NCBI GenBank assembly: GCA_040954595.2
Contig: CM082592.2
Span: forward strand, 6,303,531 to 6,367,530
Source of the DNA: Balanoglossus misakiensis
Lineage: Eukaryota; Animalia; Hemichordata
DNA length: 64,000 nt
Direction: 5' to 3'
The notes beneath the pieces were generated by a model. The model worked only from the letters and a program-made list of their open reading frames with translations. It had not been told where the DNA came from and made no database searches. The position numbers and the translations under genes are program-made. The first letter of the stretch is position 1. Every line of letters starts with the position of its first letter. Shown here piece after piece: positions 49,801-62,832 of the stretch.

Positions 49801-52800
49801 AAAATACTAATAAAATCACGAAACTACAAATACCACACTTTGGTATACAGTGAACAAGGTATGTGAGATTCACAATGGTTGTATTTGACAATATCAGCAT
49901 GGGATACAGTCATGATATTCATATTGATCAAACACAGTGACACCATAGGCCCTCGCGGGTATATTCACACACACACACACACCCACCCACCCACCCACAC
50001 GCACACATACATTCATCACCGTCTTACTTGGATAAATGAATCTGACACAGGTAGGGTTATATTACTTACCCTGTGGCCACCTCCCACATCTTGATTGTCT
50101 TGTCCCTTGACGACGAGACTAAGAAATCACCGCTTGGCATGAAGTTAATGGAGGACACGTTGTGGTCATGTCCGTGCATTGTCTTTATACACTCGTAACT
50201 GTTGAAGTCCCATAATTTTATAGTCATATCTGCAGAGCAGGATGCTGTTGGTAGAGACATGGGGGATTAAACAGGTTAACTAAACCGATAGAATTCAAGA
50301 ATTCCTAGACAGCTCATGCTACACAAATCTCACCATTTTCAGTGTATATTTCAAGGGCCTGTTATAAGCACTCAACATAACAATGCTTAAAAGTAATCTA
50401 CACAAAATCTCTTCTACGAGTGAAACAGACACCACCTGCCCCAAAACAACCCCACGTCTTCAAAAGTGACCGATACCAGTAACTTGCGCTTATGTCACAC
50501 CATCAAAGGTGCATCCTCCTGTGTCAAATTATGATGCATTCTGGCTTACCTAGTAGTTTGCCATTCTGGTCGAATGCTACGTCTTGCACAGAATCCGTGT
50601 GTCCCTTTAGTGTTTTCTCATAGTCGCCTGTTTCGTAATCCCATATCTGCAAGAAGAGTTGCAACACTGCGATTAAACACAAGTAATGACACCATCATTC
50701 AGCCGTATTTCATAGGTTAGTTTAGTCTCTTGAATGGACCAACAGTTCACACGTGTGGCAGAGACGAATAGCAAACATCAAATTCTTCGTTTGAACTATG
50801 AATGTTAGGAAATTTTTTCCTGGTATAATTTTGCAACCATGAACTAAGTGATTAGTCTGACATGTCTTGGGACTGCACTATAATGTCGATATAGTCATAC
50901 ACTCAGCATGACTTGTCTCAGAGCCTACAGTGTGACCAAATCCACCAGCCAGTACATCACAGGAGGGAAAACATGACATGAATTGCCACACTTTGACGCA
51001 ACCGACACATCAGGGAGATGAATGATAGGCAGTTACGGTGTTTGAGAATGGCAGATGGCTTAAAAACTTGCCTCTGGGGAGTTTTAATGAAAGGTGGCTC
51101 TCACATGTGAATAGTCCATGCAGAATTTCAAACAAAACCGTGGCCTGCATTGTGTCTTGAAACTGCTTCCCGAGATTTCTTTTCATTTCAATCAAATACT
51201 CGTGTATAATTAAATGTATTAGCTGGTATGACATACCAGTGGATACAATTTTAACTGATCTCCACACAGCAGGACTTTGCTCTTTGTTTGAGATGACATA
51301 AACATTTGTTTTGTAGGAGCATCACCACAGGCAGTGACTACCTGGCGAAACGAAAAACAAAACACAAACACGAAATGTGGTCCAAAAGCATTTACCTTGA
51401 TAGCTGCATCTTCCGACGATGACACCATTATACTATAAACTGGGTGAAATAAAACTTTGGTAACAGGGCTACGATGGCCTGTGAGGGAATACTTTTCTGG
51501 GGGCCTTGGTATCCACTCTGTTGGCGAGCGTTTGTCTCGCGTTGGCGCTCCTCCACTGACTTCTCTTTCACACTCGTTAAGTTTCGACTCTAAGTCCATA
51601 ACTTTCTTTTGTAGCCTAATAACTGACGTCCACTTCTTTTCAAGCAGACCTGTGTACTTCCTTTCAATTTCACCAGGCTGTGGGTCAAAAAATGAAAGTT
51701 ATTTTTTATGAGGTTTTTGGAGTTAAATTGAGATTTTCCAATCTTGAGTGAAGATTAAAATACTCAACAAGAACAGTCTGTACTTTAAGGAATAAAGCAC
51801 TTTTTTTCCTTTTAGATTGACTGATTGACTGAAGAACAATACTGGGATGTACCGTCATTATGATAACTCACCATATCAGCTTCTCTTTTGAATTCTGACA
51901 GGGCATTTTCATAACCATTGGAACGTAGATAATCAGCAATGGCTTTATTTCTGCAAGCGAAAAAAATAATAATGTCAATTTACACATTAGACGGAGTACA
52001 TGTACATGAAATGCTGGCAATAGAAATAACAGACAAGTATCTCTACTTTGGTCCATCACCAGATTGATTTTAACTATTTAAAACCTGACTTGGAAGTAAA
52101 ATTCTGAATGCTGTCATAGGTCACCAGAAAGATCTAGAATAAATTTACATTCACTGGTATAGTAATTGGCAAGTACATGTGTTAGTGAAATATGAAATAT
52201 TGATTTTCATGGCACATCAAAGAATGCGTACGAATTGATTGAAAATATCTTACCACCAAATTCATATATTTTAATCAATCTTTTAACACTTACTCAAGAG
52301 ACCTGAGAAAGTCTATTGCATGTTTGTGGAACAGTTTCGCGAATTTTCCTTTCATTAGGAATTATTTCTTCCACCTCTCTCCAAGGATATTTGACAAAGA
52401 GTTCCTGTCAAGTGTCATCAAATTATCTAAAATAAGCCAGTTTCGCAGGTGTCAAGCCTAAATGCATGCTACAGGTTGATACCATTGAACGTTTTCTCAC
52501 TGCCATTATACAACTGCTAGACTACCCTTGGTCAGTTGATGACACACATAAAACTATTGACTGTCTTTATACAAGAAATCAATTCGCCAACTTTACAGTG
52601 TAATAGTCTGTCTCTCCCAGACCCATTTCAGACATCACTGACTTTTAACAAAGCTGCCATTCTTTGTGCACACAATCACAAAGCATGTACCCACAACTCA
52701 GGCCAATCTCGAGACAAACTTGAACAAACACGGGCCCCTGTCTCCATTTCACACACAAAGTGAACTTGACCGGTCCTTTCTTGGATCTGACAAAAGACCA

Positions 52801-55800
52801 CCTTGTTTCACTGAGTGACTCTTCGCAGTGACATTTCAAGTTGGGTCGGGTCGGGTCTGCTGCCCTACTGGTGGGAAAGTGCACCAAACAACGACTATAT
52901 AACCTGTTCCACTGCTTATTTTCATTTATTGATGATTCTAAGTTTTCTTTCACTTGGGCATGCATCTAATAAGCACAAGGCAAGGTATTGAACCACACTA
53001 CCCTAACAACACCCAGCCAGTATCTATCAATATTGAAAAGTCTGCAGAATTTTCACGGTTCAGACAGACACAATCATACACTGCTTGTTTACTCTCATAC
53101 ATTTTAGAGTATTTGGTCTGTCCGGTTCAGCAAACCGTAAGCACTCGCAATTTAATAAATTCCGACAAGTCAGCCACAACCACTGATTAGAGTTAACAGA
53201 GCGAGCCTCCATGCTCAGGTGAGCTACACTGGCCTATGCAAACAATAGCAGTAGTGTGTGATCCAACAATTGAAGGTGTGTGTCCCACATTCGGCATAGA
53301 AGAGAAACTTGCTAGCAAGACATGCTTCATACAGGGCCGGCCAAACACAGCAAAACAACCACTGTTTCTAAATCTTGGCTCTAAGATTATCTGTGGATTC
53401 ACATCACTTGCCACTGAGGATACACATACATGTATTCTTCAGAGATCACTGTGGATGAATACAAGTAACACTGTGGGCAGGTCATACATCTGTTGTAGGC
53501 AGGTCAGAATTGCTGCCAATGCACTACAATATGACTATTTAGTATACGTGTATATACTGTAGGAATTGTACAATATTTGTCAATATGATTGACAGTAATC
53601 CTCGTCGGTGTCAATGGCCATGAAAAATAATAACAGCTAGATATCAATACAGTAACAGCTGGATAGGGACTGGGCGTAGCCATTGCATTTTCTGTTTTAC
53701 AGGTCAAAACAATTTTATTGCTAACTCAATTTTTACCAGGCCATTTGACTTCTAAGTCTTCTTTGTATATAACATACACAATAATTGTAAATATATTGTT
53801 ATAGAATAACACAGTATATGACTGGAGTACAATATTAGTCTGTTTCTGATTGTCTACCCTGTTATCAATTTCTTGAGGATGTACGCATCTTGGAGACACC
53901 TGACTGGACCACCCATATAAACAAACTAACGATATTGAAAATTCACACGTGATAGTGGTTAACTGCTATATGCTAAGTATGGAAGGTTAGATTGTCAATA
54001 TGAAACTGATTTGAAAGACTGGCATTTCTGATATCCATCAGAAATGAATGAAATGTCTGCTGTTCATCCAAAAGGTGAAACCTTGGAATTTGAACAGACC
54101 ATGGTACATGTATAAACAAAATCGTATATTTCAGATGCATGTTCACCTACATGTAAATGGATTTGATTTCAACATCTGATCAAAGATTTTCACAGTTGGT
54201 GGCTTCAAACCATGTACTCTGCATCATACTGTTGCAGTAAAAAATTGCTGGTAGCTTTGTCATGCTTCCTGTTATGCTAAATTATGTGTATACAAAAATG
54301 TGACTCATATCATTTATGCAGTCTAGAATAGCAGTTTTTTATTTAAAACTATTATCAAGTAAAATTAGTAACGGAAATAACGTGACCTTTAGTAAGTTGT
54401 GATGGCCATAATTCCCTATCTTTCAGGTAAAATTTGTATCTGATTGAACACCCTAGTTTTGTTTTGAAGTCTTTGATCCACAAAAATGACAAATACAGTA
54501 AACCCTGTCTAATCTAGAAACCTGCCTTTACTGAACACATTTTCCTGTCCCTGAACTATATGTTAAAAGAACCTCTCTAAACCAGACACCTCTGCAAACC
54601 AAACAATTTCTTCAGTCCCTTTGGTGTTCGGTTTAGACAGGTTTTACAGTAATTTGGTTTTCTTTTTCAATAACTTCTGGCCAGAAACAATTACCAATTC
54701 ACTCCAGCGAGAGCAGTACTGCAGTCAGGTGATGCCCTATATGGCTGGATGATGACATTGTTACTACGGCAACACAGACGACCGTGCATCTTAATGAAAT
54801 GTTCTCAAGACTGCTTGGCAACATAATCAGCACTGCACAATTCCTGTGGCATATTGAGTTTACAGATTTATGGAGCAATGAAAGTTATCAGATCATACAA
54901 CAGACTCGTCTGATTCTGACAGATTTTTTTGCGTGGTACATTGTATATACACTCAAGCATGTACTGTAGAACTTGCAAATTCTAACATTATTTGAACTCT
55001 GAGAAAATAATTCCTTGGGGACTCTTGGTATAAACCCATACTCTAAATTGACTGAAACTCAAGCAGAGTGTACTGACACATTCGCTGAGCTGTATTTGAT
55101 TTTAAATTAGGAATAAAAACCTGACAAATATTTATCAATTTACTACAAATTAATTAGGTTCAACACCTTCAAAAAATGCCTTTTAAGAAGCTGGGATCTT
55201 TTTTCAAAACTGTATCATTACAACTTCATGTATCAATGATATAATTGTTCATCATATCACATCACGTAACAGAGGAAATAAATATAAAAGGATTTCATGC
55301 ACCAATGAGATTTTGGCTTTCCCCCTTTATCACTCAGACTAAAACAAGTATTTTCACCATGTTCAGAAGATCCAGTTCTTTATAATTTCAATTGCTGTAT
55401 GCTACAAAAAAATGGCAAAACAATATCATGCACAAAAGAGCCATATTGGCGCTCTTCATGCTTCAGTACTCTCTGAAAAATCAAGTCTATGCTCCAATGA
55501 ATGTGAAATAGCTCCAAAATCAAACATTGGCAACATATCACTGCTAATTAAATAACACAGCTGGTGTGTGCTGACGGCAAGAAATGCAGACACTCAGCTT
55601 TAGACATAAATATGTAGTAAGAGTTGGTAATATTTTATCACAAGGGGACAAAAGTGAAATAAATGTCATCGCTACCTTTACTGTAATCACTCCTCTTATA
55701 AACTGAAATGTACATTGTAATCTTAATTTCATTTTTGAATTTTACATGCATAAAACAGTTCAATATTTTGCAAATATTTAATTAGTAAACTGGATCAATT

Positions 55801-57778
55801 TAAAATAGGCACTTTGAAGCAAATTACAGTATAATAATTGTCCAAGGCTGAAGGAAGCTTTTAGCACTATCAAGTGTGAAGCTGTGGCAGTTTCAATTGT
55901 AGCTGACACAGAACGACACCTTCCTGAGCACACTGCTATGTATAGATTAACTCATTCATGCGCGAGGACGACTGTCTTATAAATGCCCTGTAACTCCATT
56001 ATTTCATCATAAAATGAATACAGTTAATGACTCGCCATATGCATCTATCATACAATATATATGTGCCAGTGAAGTTGAACCATCTACAGCTGTGTTGACA
56101 GTACACCATTATTCCAGACATATCTCAATCTATCAAACAATGTCGCCGAGACAAATGCCAAATTATCAGTAGTGTGAAAGAGATTAAGTAACAAATCTGA
56201 AGACTGAAATATGTGGTTGGATTAGGGGTCGCGACATGCTATACAATATGACAAGTGTAGAATTATTAAAGAATAATTTTACAAATTCATGCTATCAGTA
56301 CAAATGTAAAATAAAAATTTAGTAATTTTACAGTTTTCTTCAGTTATATGTTAATTGTATTATAATTTGTATTTATCACTTATCACCTACTTATCAGTTC
56401 CAAGGGCATTTTATACAGTCAATATGAAAACTTCTTTTCATGTTACTTGTACAGAAAAGATGTTATGTGAAAGGTGCATTGACTTCCTAAAAGAATGACT
56501 GAGATCACGCTGTTTGTATACAGTAAAGTGATTGGCTTCTAATTATGGATAGCATGGACTGTTCATTTCTATGAGTCATGGGACATTTTCTCCTGTGGCT
56601 AACAATAAACCATTGGCAGCTGGTTGCTGTAATGACTCAGATGGCTTCAATCTGAGTCCATCTGTGGAGACCTAAAGCATGTAATTCAGTTCTTCAACAA
56701 ACCGTGCACACAATTGTTTACAATGCAGGTGTTGACAGATAAAATGGTTGGCCCACTGGCAGAGGGGCAACATTGCTAACTTACTAGCCAAGTGTTGATT
56801 TTTAGTAGGAGGATTTGTGTACTAGACAAACACCTAAGAAATGACATGATTACTGGAACCTGGGGTCATAGAGTGTTGACATATCATCCATGCATTGGAC
56901 TGGGACAGTGATTTCCTTAACAGTGCAGCAATATACATTTTTATGTTTCCATGATGACATACTAAACCCTAGGTATTGGATTTATAAGGAGAAAATAAAA
57001 CATGGGAATAGAATACGCTGTAATGTTATCTCTGTCTATGACATTGCTGTCTTTGTACTTTTCATGTGAGACAAGAGACTAATATACATGCTGGAAATGC
57101 ACATGACCTAGAATTTCAGGCCTTGACAATGCATTTGACAACCACCACAAGCATTGCTTAGTAACCTGTGATGGTATGTACATGCATTTCAATTTGAAGA
57201 CTGCAAGATTTATCTACTGACAGGTCAAAGGTCAATGTCATCACAACAATTACAGATCACCACCCTGTCAAAAGTATTGTTCCTTATTCAATGAGTAATG
57301 ACATCTCTTGAAATCTTATCTTCAAATTTCTTCACCTTATAATATTTTATCATATATTTATATATTAACATATTATGCGTATATTATTCTCCTGAAAATT
57401 ACGTGAATAAGGCCCTCTAGAAATGTCTGAGTGACCCACTTACAATGTCGCCCCAACCCTTCTGGGATTATAATTATAACAGTTATATGGACCTTTTGTA
57501 CTTTTTGCACAATTAGTTTAGTCTGTTCTCTACAAAAGAAAACAATTACTTCAATACATGTTATTCTCAATTTACCTGCGTGACTTGTGCATAAAAAACA
57601 TTTAGTTCTATGGTCAATTTTGTTGTAATCCCAATAAATACTGTAAAATTGTTTCTCATAATTTTTATCATCATCCATCCATCATGATCTGACAATCACT
57701 CATACAACTTTACAAGTCATGATGGAAAGAACACAAAAACACTTACAGCTCTTCCCTTTGCCTCTGGGAAAGAACCAT
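46813..57778 (-). CDS. PAFAH1B1: Lissencephaly-1 homolog (LIS1; LisH, coiled coil, WD40 repeats), 407 aa
   Basis: Exons 57778-57747, 51950-51872, 51677-51396, 50646-50550, 50244-50070, 49674-49578, 49389-49258, 47781-47683, 47186-47030 and 46886-46813 (1224 nt). They give [24 protein letters not shown]...[24 protein letters not shown]...[20 protein letters not shown]...GHDNWVRG...[16 protein letters not shown], which is the diagnostic LIS1 sequence. Confidence 0.97.
46979..46998. repeat. Poly-C homopolymer (~20 nt) in the last LIS1 intron
   Basis: Direct reading. Confidence 0.8.
47231..47539. mobile_element. Fold-back / MITE-like element in LIS1 intron 8
   Basis: Perfect 19-bp inverted repeat ATTTCCAGATGACGGGCAA at 47284-47302 and 47458-47476. 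A degenerate outer inversion pairs attctttactatcaa with the reverse complement attcttcgctatcaa. No TSD recognised. Confidence 0.6.
48175..48213. repeat. (AG)n and (AGATG)n microsatellite
   Basis: agagagagagagagagagataaagagatgagatgagata. Confidence 0.8.
48418..48433 (-). promoter_or_regulatory. CTCF-like motif
   Basis: Minus strand reads ACACTAGGGGGCGCT, a close match to the CTCF core CCASYAGRKGGCRS. Confidence 0.45.
49966..50010. repeat. (CA)n/(CCCA)n microsatellite
   Basis: cacacacacacacacacccacccacccacccacacgcacacatac. Confidence 0.8.
54496..54649. mobile_element. Tc1/mariner (pogo/Tigger-like) MITE
   Basis: TA|CAGTAAACCCTGTCTAA ... TTAGACAGGTTTTACAG|TA, 154 bp, with the same architecture as the 41184-41334 element. 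Confidence 0.7.
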
Positions 57779-57863
57779 TGTGACAGAGTGTCCTCTTCAA
57801 GATCTCTTGAAAGCAAGTTTATGGCAATTTCTCCTCCAGATGTGGTTTGGTAACTTTACGACA

Positions 57864-59165
57864 CTATGACAAATATGTTTTTCATAGAAGAGTACTTGTG
57901 AACTTCAGTATACCGAGTGATCCAAATCTCATGTGTAATAGTGCTGCATAGACATCAACTCATGCTGCCTGTATGCAAGAAAATACAAGTATGGGTCATA
58001 AGTTCATGTAAGGTACTTTGGTCACAACAAGACTGGCAACATTAGGGGAACTTTCTCCACCTCTTATGCATGTAAAGTCTTGCAAGCAACAATATGAATC
58101 CCTTCATTCCCTCGACAGACAGCGTGTGTATGGGGGCGCTATAGAGTCTAATTATCATTTGTCAAACGATTTATGATTTGCGCTGGTTTCCCCTAAAATT
58201 GGCGATTAAAACTGCCACATCCTTTGCTGTCCCTTCACACTGATGTTTGGGTTGGAGAACTCGGTTGTTGTCACGAGCAGTTGGCTAAACGGTTGAAAAT
58301 CATCGCCGACATCTTTACCGGAAATTTTCGTTTCGTCCGTCTGTCAGCATATGATTTGAAGTACTGTAGTCATTTACTTTAGATCAGCATGAACAGGTAT
58401 TCTATAGAATATCTTTTCTGTGCCGACAAAAGGTGATTTTTCAAGAAAGCCTGAATAATAACTGCTAGGACAGAAATCTGGATATTTAACCGACCCAGCC
58501 CAACTCTATGTAAATGTAGTCTGACTTCATCTCGCGCAAGATGGCGGCCATTCAATGTCGACGAGTTTCAAATTCCAATACCGATAGACACCTAAATAAA
58601 CCGTCAATTGTCGATAACTGGACGGGTGAATAAGAACGCTTACCGGGAGTGTGACAATATACAAGGGGCTGGGCACCAATCTGGAGTATTATCTTCAAAT
58701 TCGCCTGCTTATATCTCCGCTTTCCGATTCTCAACACGTTGAAAAATTACCCACAATGCTCACATTGCAGGCAGGTAAAGTTCTGCGCATCAAGTTATAC
58801 GCAGGTTGACGACAACTACCCAGGATGCACTTGGCAAAACACGGACGTCCGACCATCGTTCATCGCGCGTGCATCGTTCGCTGCCGACAGACGGATATTA
58901 TGTTTATCTAATGTAGATATTCAGCTGACATAAGCGGTCTCGGTTTTAACATTTCGGAACGGATGACTTTCGCATTGTTCTGGTTAGTTTCCCCTTTTTG
59001 AACTGACGTTTACATTTTGATACGCCGCGCCGAAAAACTTCTTTACGCACTGAACACTAGGTGGCGCTGTAAACAGAAATATACGTGACCTACTTAGATC
59101 AATATACAGTACACTGTATATACACTCGCCGGCGCAGAGCTGAAGGACGGAGCCGCATAGCAGCG
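57864..59165. promoter_or_regulatory. Bidirectional promoter region shared by PAFAH1B1 (-) and METTL16 (+)
   Basis: The divergent start codons are 1.39 kb apart and 58250-59200 is CpG-rich. YY1 consensus CAAGATGGCGGC at ~58537-58548, CTCF-like CACTAGGTGGCGCTG at 59055-59069. A minus-strand acceptor at 57864-57865 and candidate donors near 58318 and 58643 suggest a non-coding first LIS1 exon. Confidence 0.6.
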
Positions 59166-62100
59166 ATGGCCCTAAACCGATTTATGCATTCCAGGAACAG
59201 GTACAAAGATACGCCTCCAGATTTTGCCAAATTAGCAGCAAAGTATCCCGAGTTCAAAGAGCATGTCACAATAAGTCTCAACGGTAAGGTTTCTCTGGAT
59301 TTTAAGAACCCGGAAGCACTGAGAGCCCTCACCTGTACTTTACTGAAGGAAGACTTTGGAATAGATTTGGATGTACCATTGGACAGGCTTGTGCCGACCA
59401 TCCCCTTGCGGCTGAATTATATTCACTGGATTGAAGATCTTATCCAGGATGGTGGCATTTACAAGGGAAATCATATCCATGGAATAGATATTGGTGAGAA
59501 TTGTATTAAAATTATAATGTTTTGTCAATTTCTTATTTTTTTATAACACTGCATAATAATTGAAAAAATACCATTTTCAAAAAGAACCATAGTGCTTTTT
59601 AAGTATTTAAATGTAACTAGTAGGAATTTTTGCGACTACGACACTTAAAGAATATTTTGGTGTAATTGTAATGTAAATTTAGATTGTTCATATAGATTAT
59701 AAGGAAATACTTTTTTGGACTAATTAGAATTTCCCTTCCGAATAACTGATCATCAAACATATTTATTGTTATCAAGGAACTGGTGCATCTTGTATATATC
59801 CACTGCTTGGTGTTGTTTTGGATGACTGGCAGTTTGTAGCTACTGAATTTGACCCTGTTAATATTCAGTATGCTCGAGAAAATGTCTCCAGAAACAGCTA
59901 TGAAGATAAGATCAGAGGTGAGGAATTATAGCCACCAAGATTTAGTATGACAGATTAATTGAAATTTAGATATCTTGGTTGGTAGAAACAACAATTTACG
60001 ACCCTATTATATTTTGCACGTGATAATAAATTATTGGAGCATTTGTGCTAAAAATAGAACTGAAGGTTGTAATCGAAATTGGAATTAAATGCAAAATGGA
60101 TATCAATTCAAGGTTCACCTGAAAGGATGCTCATTGTCATGAATTACAGTTGCCATCTGTTTGTGAAATTATATTGTGAACTTGTAATTTTTCAATTTGC
60201 AGTTTATATCATTTATACTTAATTGAATTGGCTATTTGCGTGACCCCTGTGTGACCTCTCATGGTGACATCATCGGCATAAGTAGTTCCGCTACTTTGGT
60301 GTTAAACTCGTGGCAAGTCGGTCATGTTTTTACTTCATCCAATCATGAAATGTAATTTTAGTTTCTCCTTGGTTACCGATTGAAGTGGAGAAGAGTTAAA
60401 AGCCCACATACCTGCAAACAAAGCAGGATGGAGGTCACACAGAGTTCACGGAAGTAGTCGGGCATTGTCTTTTGACCGTGATAACCAGAATAGTCCTCTG
60501 ATATACAAGGTTGAATATTGCATTAATGTCACCTGCATTCTCTGATATTGTACCTGGCTAATTAATTTTTCCCCAAAACCTGAGCTAGCACAGGGAACCC
60601 ACATTGGTATATACCGTCCTCAAAAATCATGTCAACTAGTTCAAATTAAGGCTTTGTATATATTGATTTTCTTCCTACATGAAAATGAACCAGTATCATA
60701 TCATAGCCAATATTTTTCGTTTGTGGCATTGATTCCAGTGTTTGTAACCAGTGAAGACAACACCCTGAGCAATGTACTGGAGGAGGATCCGAGACAGTGC
60801 TACACGTTCTGCATGTGCAATCCCCCGTTCTACGGCAGTCCGTTGGAGGCTCAGGGTCTGGTGTCCAGGAGCGACGACCGGCCGGAGCCTCGGTCCATCA
60901 ACACGGCCGCTGAATCTGAATCCATCGCCGAGGGCGGAGAGGTGACGTTTGTCAGGAAGATCATCGCAGACAGTTTGAAGTACAAAGAAAGAGTGAGGTG
61001 CGTCTTTCTCCTGTTTCCTGCACTTTTCAGCATCGTATCTACTAGTCTACACTTGAAAACATTAATTTAGGTCACTTGGTCAGATTCCAAGACTAGGACA
61101 ATTTCCGAGATTTCATTACAAATGCTGGGCCTTTTTTACAGAAAATGGAGGTGAAAAGGTAAAATAAAGTCTTGCACAATATCTCAGTGACCCTTACAAT
61201 ACTCAGTGGTGTTTACTTGGCAATTCTTTTTCCAGGTGGTATACCTCCATGCTTGGCAAGAAGAAGAGTCTAGTACCACTGAAGGCAGAACTGCAGAAAC
61301 ACAAGGTATTTCATAAAACAGACAGAAAAAAAATATCACAATTTTTGATATATCTTAACCCTCTCTTCTTTGCTTCCACCTCTAGTTCAGTTTTGTGTGT
61401 CTGATTTTTTAAATTCCTGTGATGTCACTTTATTTCATATGCACAGGTGAGAAATGTTGCCACCACAGAGTTTTGTCAAGGCAGAACACTGAGATGGGGT
61501 ATAGCCTGGACGTTTGCTGAAGACGTCTCCACTTTACCTGTAAGTTTAATATCTTCTCACATCCAAGGACTGCACTAGTGATCACTCATGTAAGAAATGG
61601 GGACCCTCAATGTTAAAAAAGGGTTGGGGTGTCCATCTTGGTGATGTTTTGGAGAGAAACGAGTTTAGAGAATATGCTATTGTGTATTTTTATGTTGAAG
61701 ACTCCAAACGCATTTTCCCCTGATTATCCGTAATTGTCCATTCTTAAGATGTCGCCCCTGAAGAAGTTCAAGAAGGAAAAAGAGAAACCGCCCATGGTGT
61801 TCACAGTCCCGGAAGCCTTCGTGCAGAATGCAGTGGAGAGACTCAGCATCACACAGGCCGTGCAGAACAAGCCGCCGGCCGTCAGACTGCTAGCCGTGCA
61901 GAAAGAAGTGGAAACCATCATGCGAGAACTCCAGGTGAGACTTTCGCACAAAACATTATCTTGTACACACATTTAGTGAACACAGTTCAAATTCATGTGT
62001 TTTAGCTAACAGTAAAGATGTGATCGAAGTTTCATATTTTGTGTTGTGTTGATGACAGATTCAGTACAAGTTGCTGAACAACAAGGGTTACATCTTCTAT

Positions 62101-62832
62101 GAGTTGACGGCGTTCTCCAACACCTGGTCAAATCAGAGGAAGAAGAGGAGGGAGGCACAGCGAAAGGGGAGGGAAGTTCCGCCGGAGAAAAGGTTGAAGA
62201 TGGACGAACAGGATAGGATGGACGGTGATCGTGGCGGAGAAGGCAGAGGTGTGAATGGCAAAGGAGAGGGATTCTTGGATGGCGGAGACAAGGTGTGTGA
62301 TGGAATGGAGCAGAGTGAGAAGGCTGGAGCAGTTTCGGCACACGGCGATGATACATCTCGGAGAGGGGACGGTGAGAGAGTTCAGTCTGAGACCAGCGCA
62401 GGGGAGAAGGAACACTTGTCCGGACAAAGCTGTGTAGCAGATGGAAGCTCAGGGAAACGTGGTGAGGAGGGAGCAGATTCCACAAAGCGTGTCGCAGTCA
62501 GCGAAGGTACTGAACAGTCCAGTACAACGAAAGAACAGTCTCCACAGGGCGGCCACACAGAGAGCTCAACAGCCGCTGAAAATAGAAATACATGCAGACG
62601 TTCTACATCTGCAACTGCACACGCACAACGCCCGGACTCTGCGGCAGAGAGCGGATCCTCCGACTCGGAACACCCACTGTTGAAGTGCACGCTGACAATC
62701 AAGAACGTCAACAAGGAGGTCGTCATGGAGATGAAGTTCCTTGAGGGGAAAGGTCGCGACCTGATCCACCAGGTGGCACAGTACTTCAAGAACCAGTTTC
62801 CCAAGAGAATCCAGCTGTCACCAGCGAGATAG
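59166..62832 (+). CDS. METTL16: RNA N6-adenosine methyltransferase METTL16 (U6 snRNA/MAT2A-type), ~616 aa
   Basis: Exons 59166-59493, 59777-59917, 60739-60997, 61236-61305, 61447-61539, 61749-61934 and 62059-62832 (1851 nt). Motifs: MHSRNRYKD, RLVPTIPLRLNYIHWIEDL, SAM-binding GIDIGTGASCIYPLLG, catalytic CMCNPPFY, EGGEVTFV, WYTSMLGKK, TEFCQGRTLRWGIAWTF, and a C-terminal VCR/KA1-like region. Confidence 0.96.

Noticed and set aside
59085-59165. In-frame upstream GTG extension of METTL16 in the ORF track
   Set aside because: Homology begins at ATG 59166 (MALNRFMH), which has a good Kozak context. Nothing supports a non-AUG start.
62006-62804. Several 100-160-aa minus-strand and alternative-frame ORFs
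   Set aside because: Shadows of the GC-rich last exon of METTL16.
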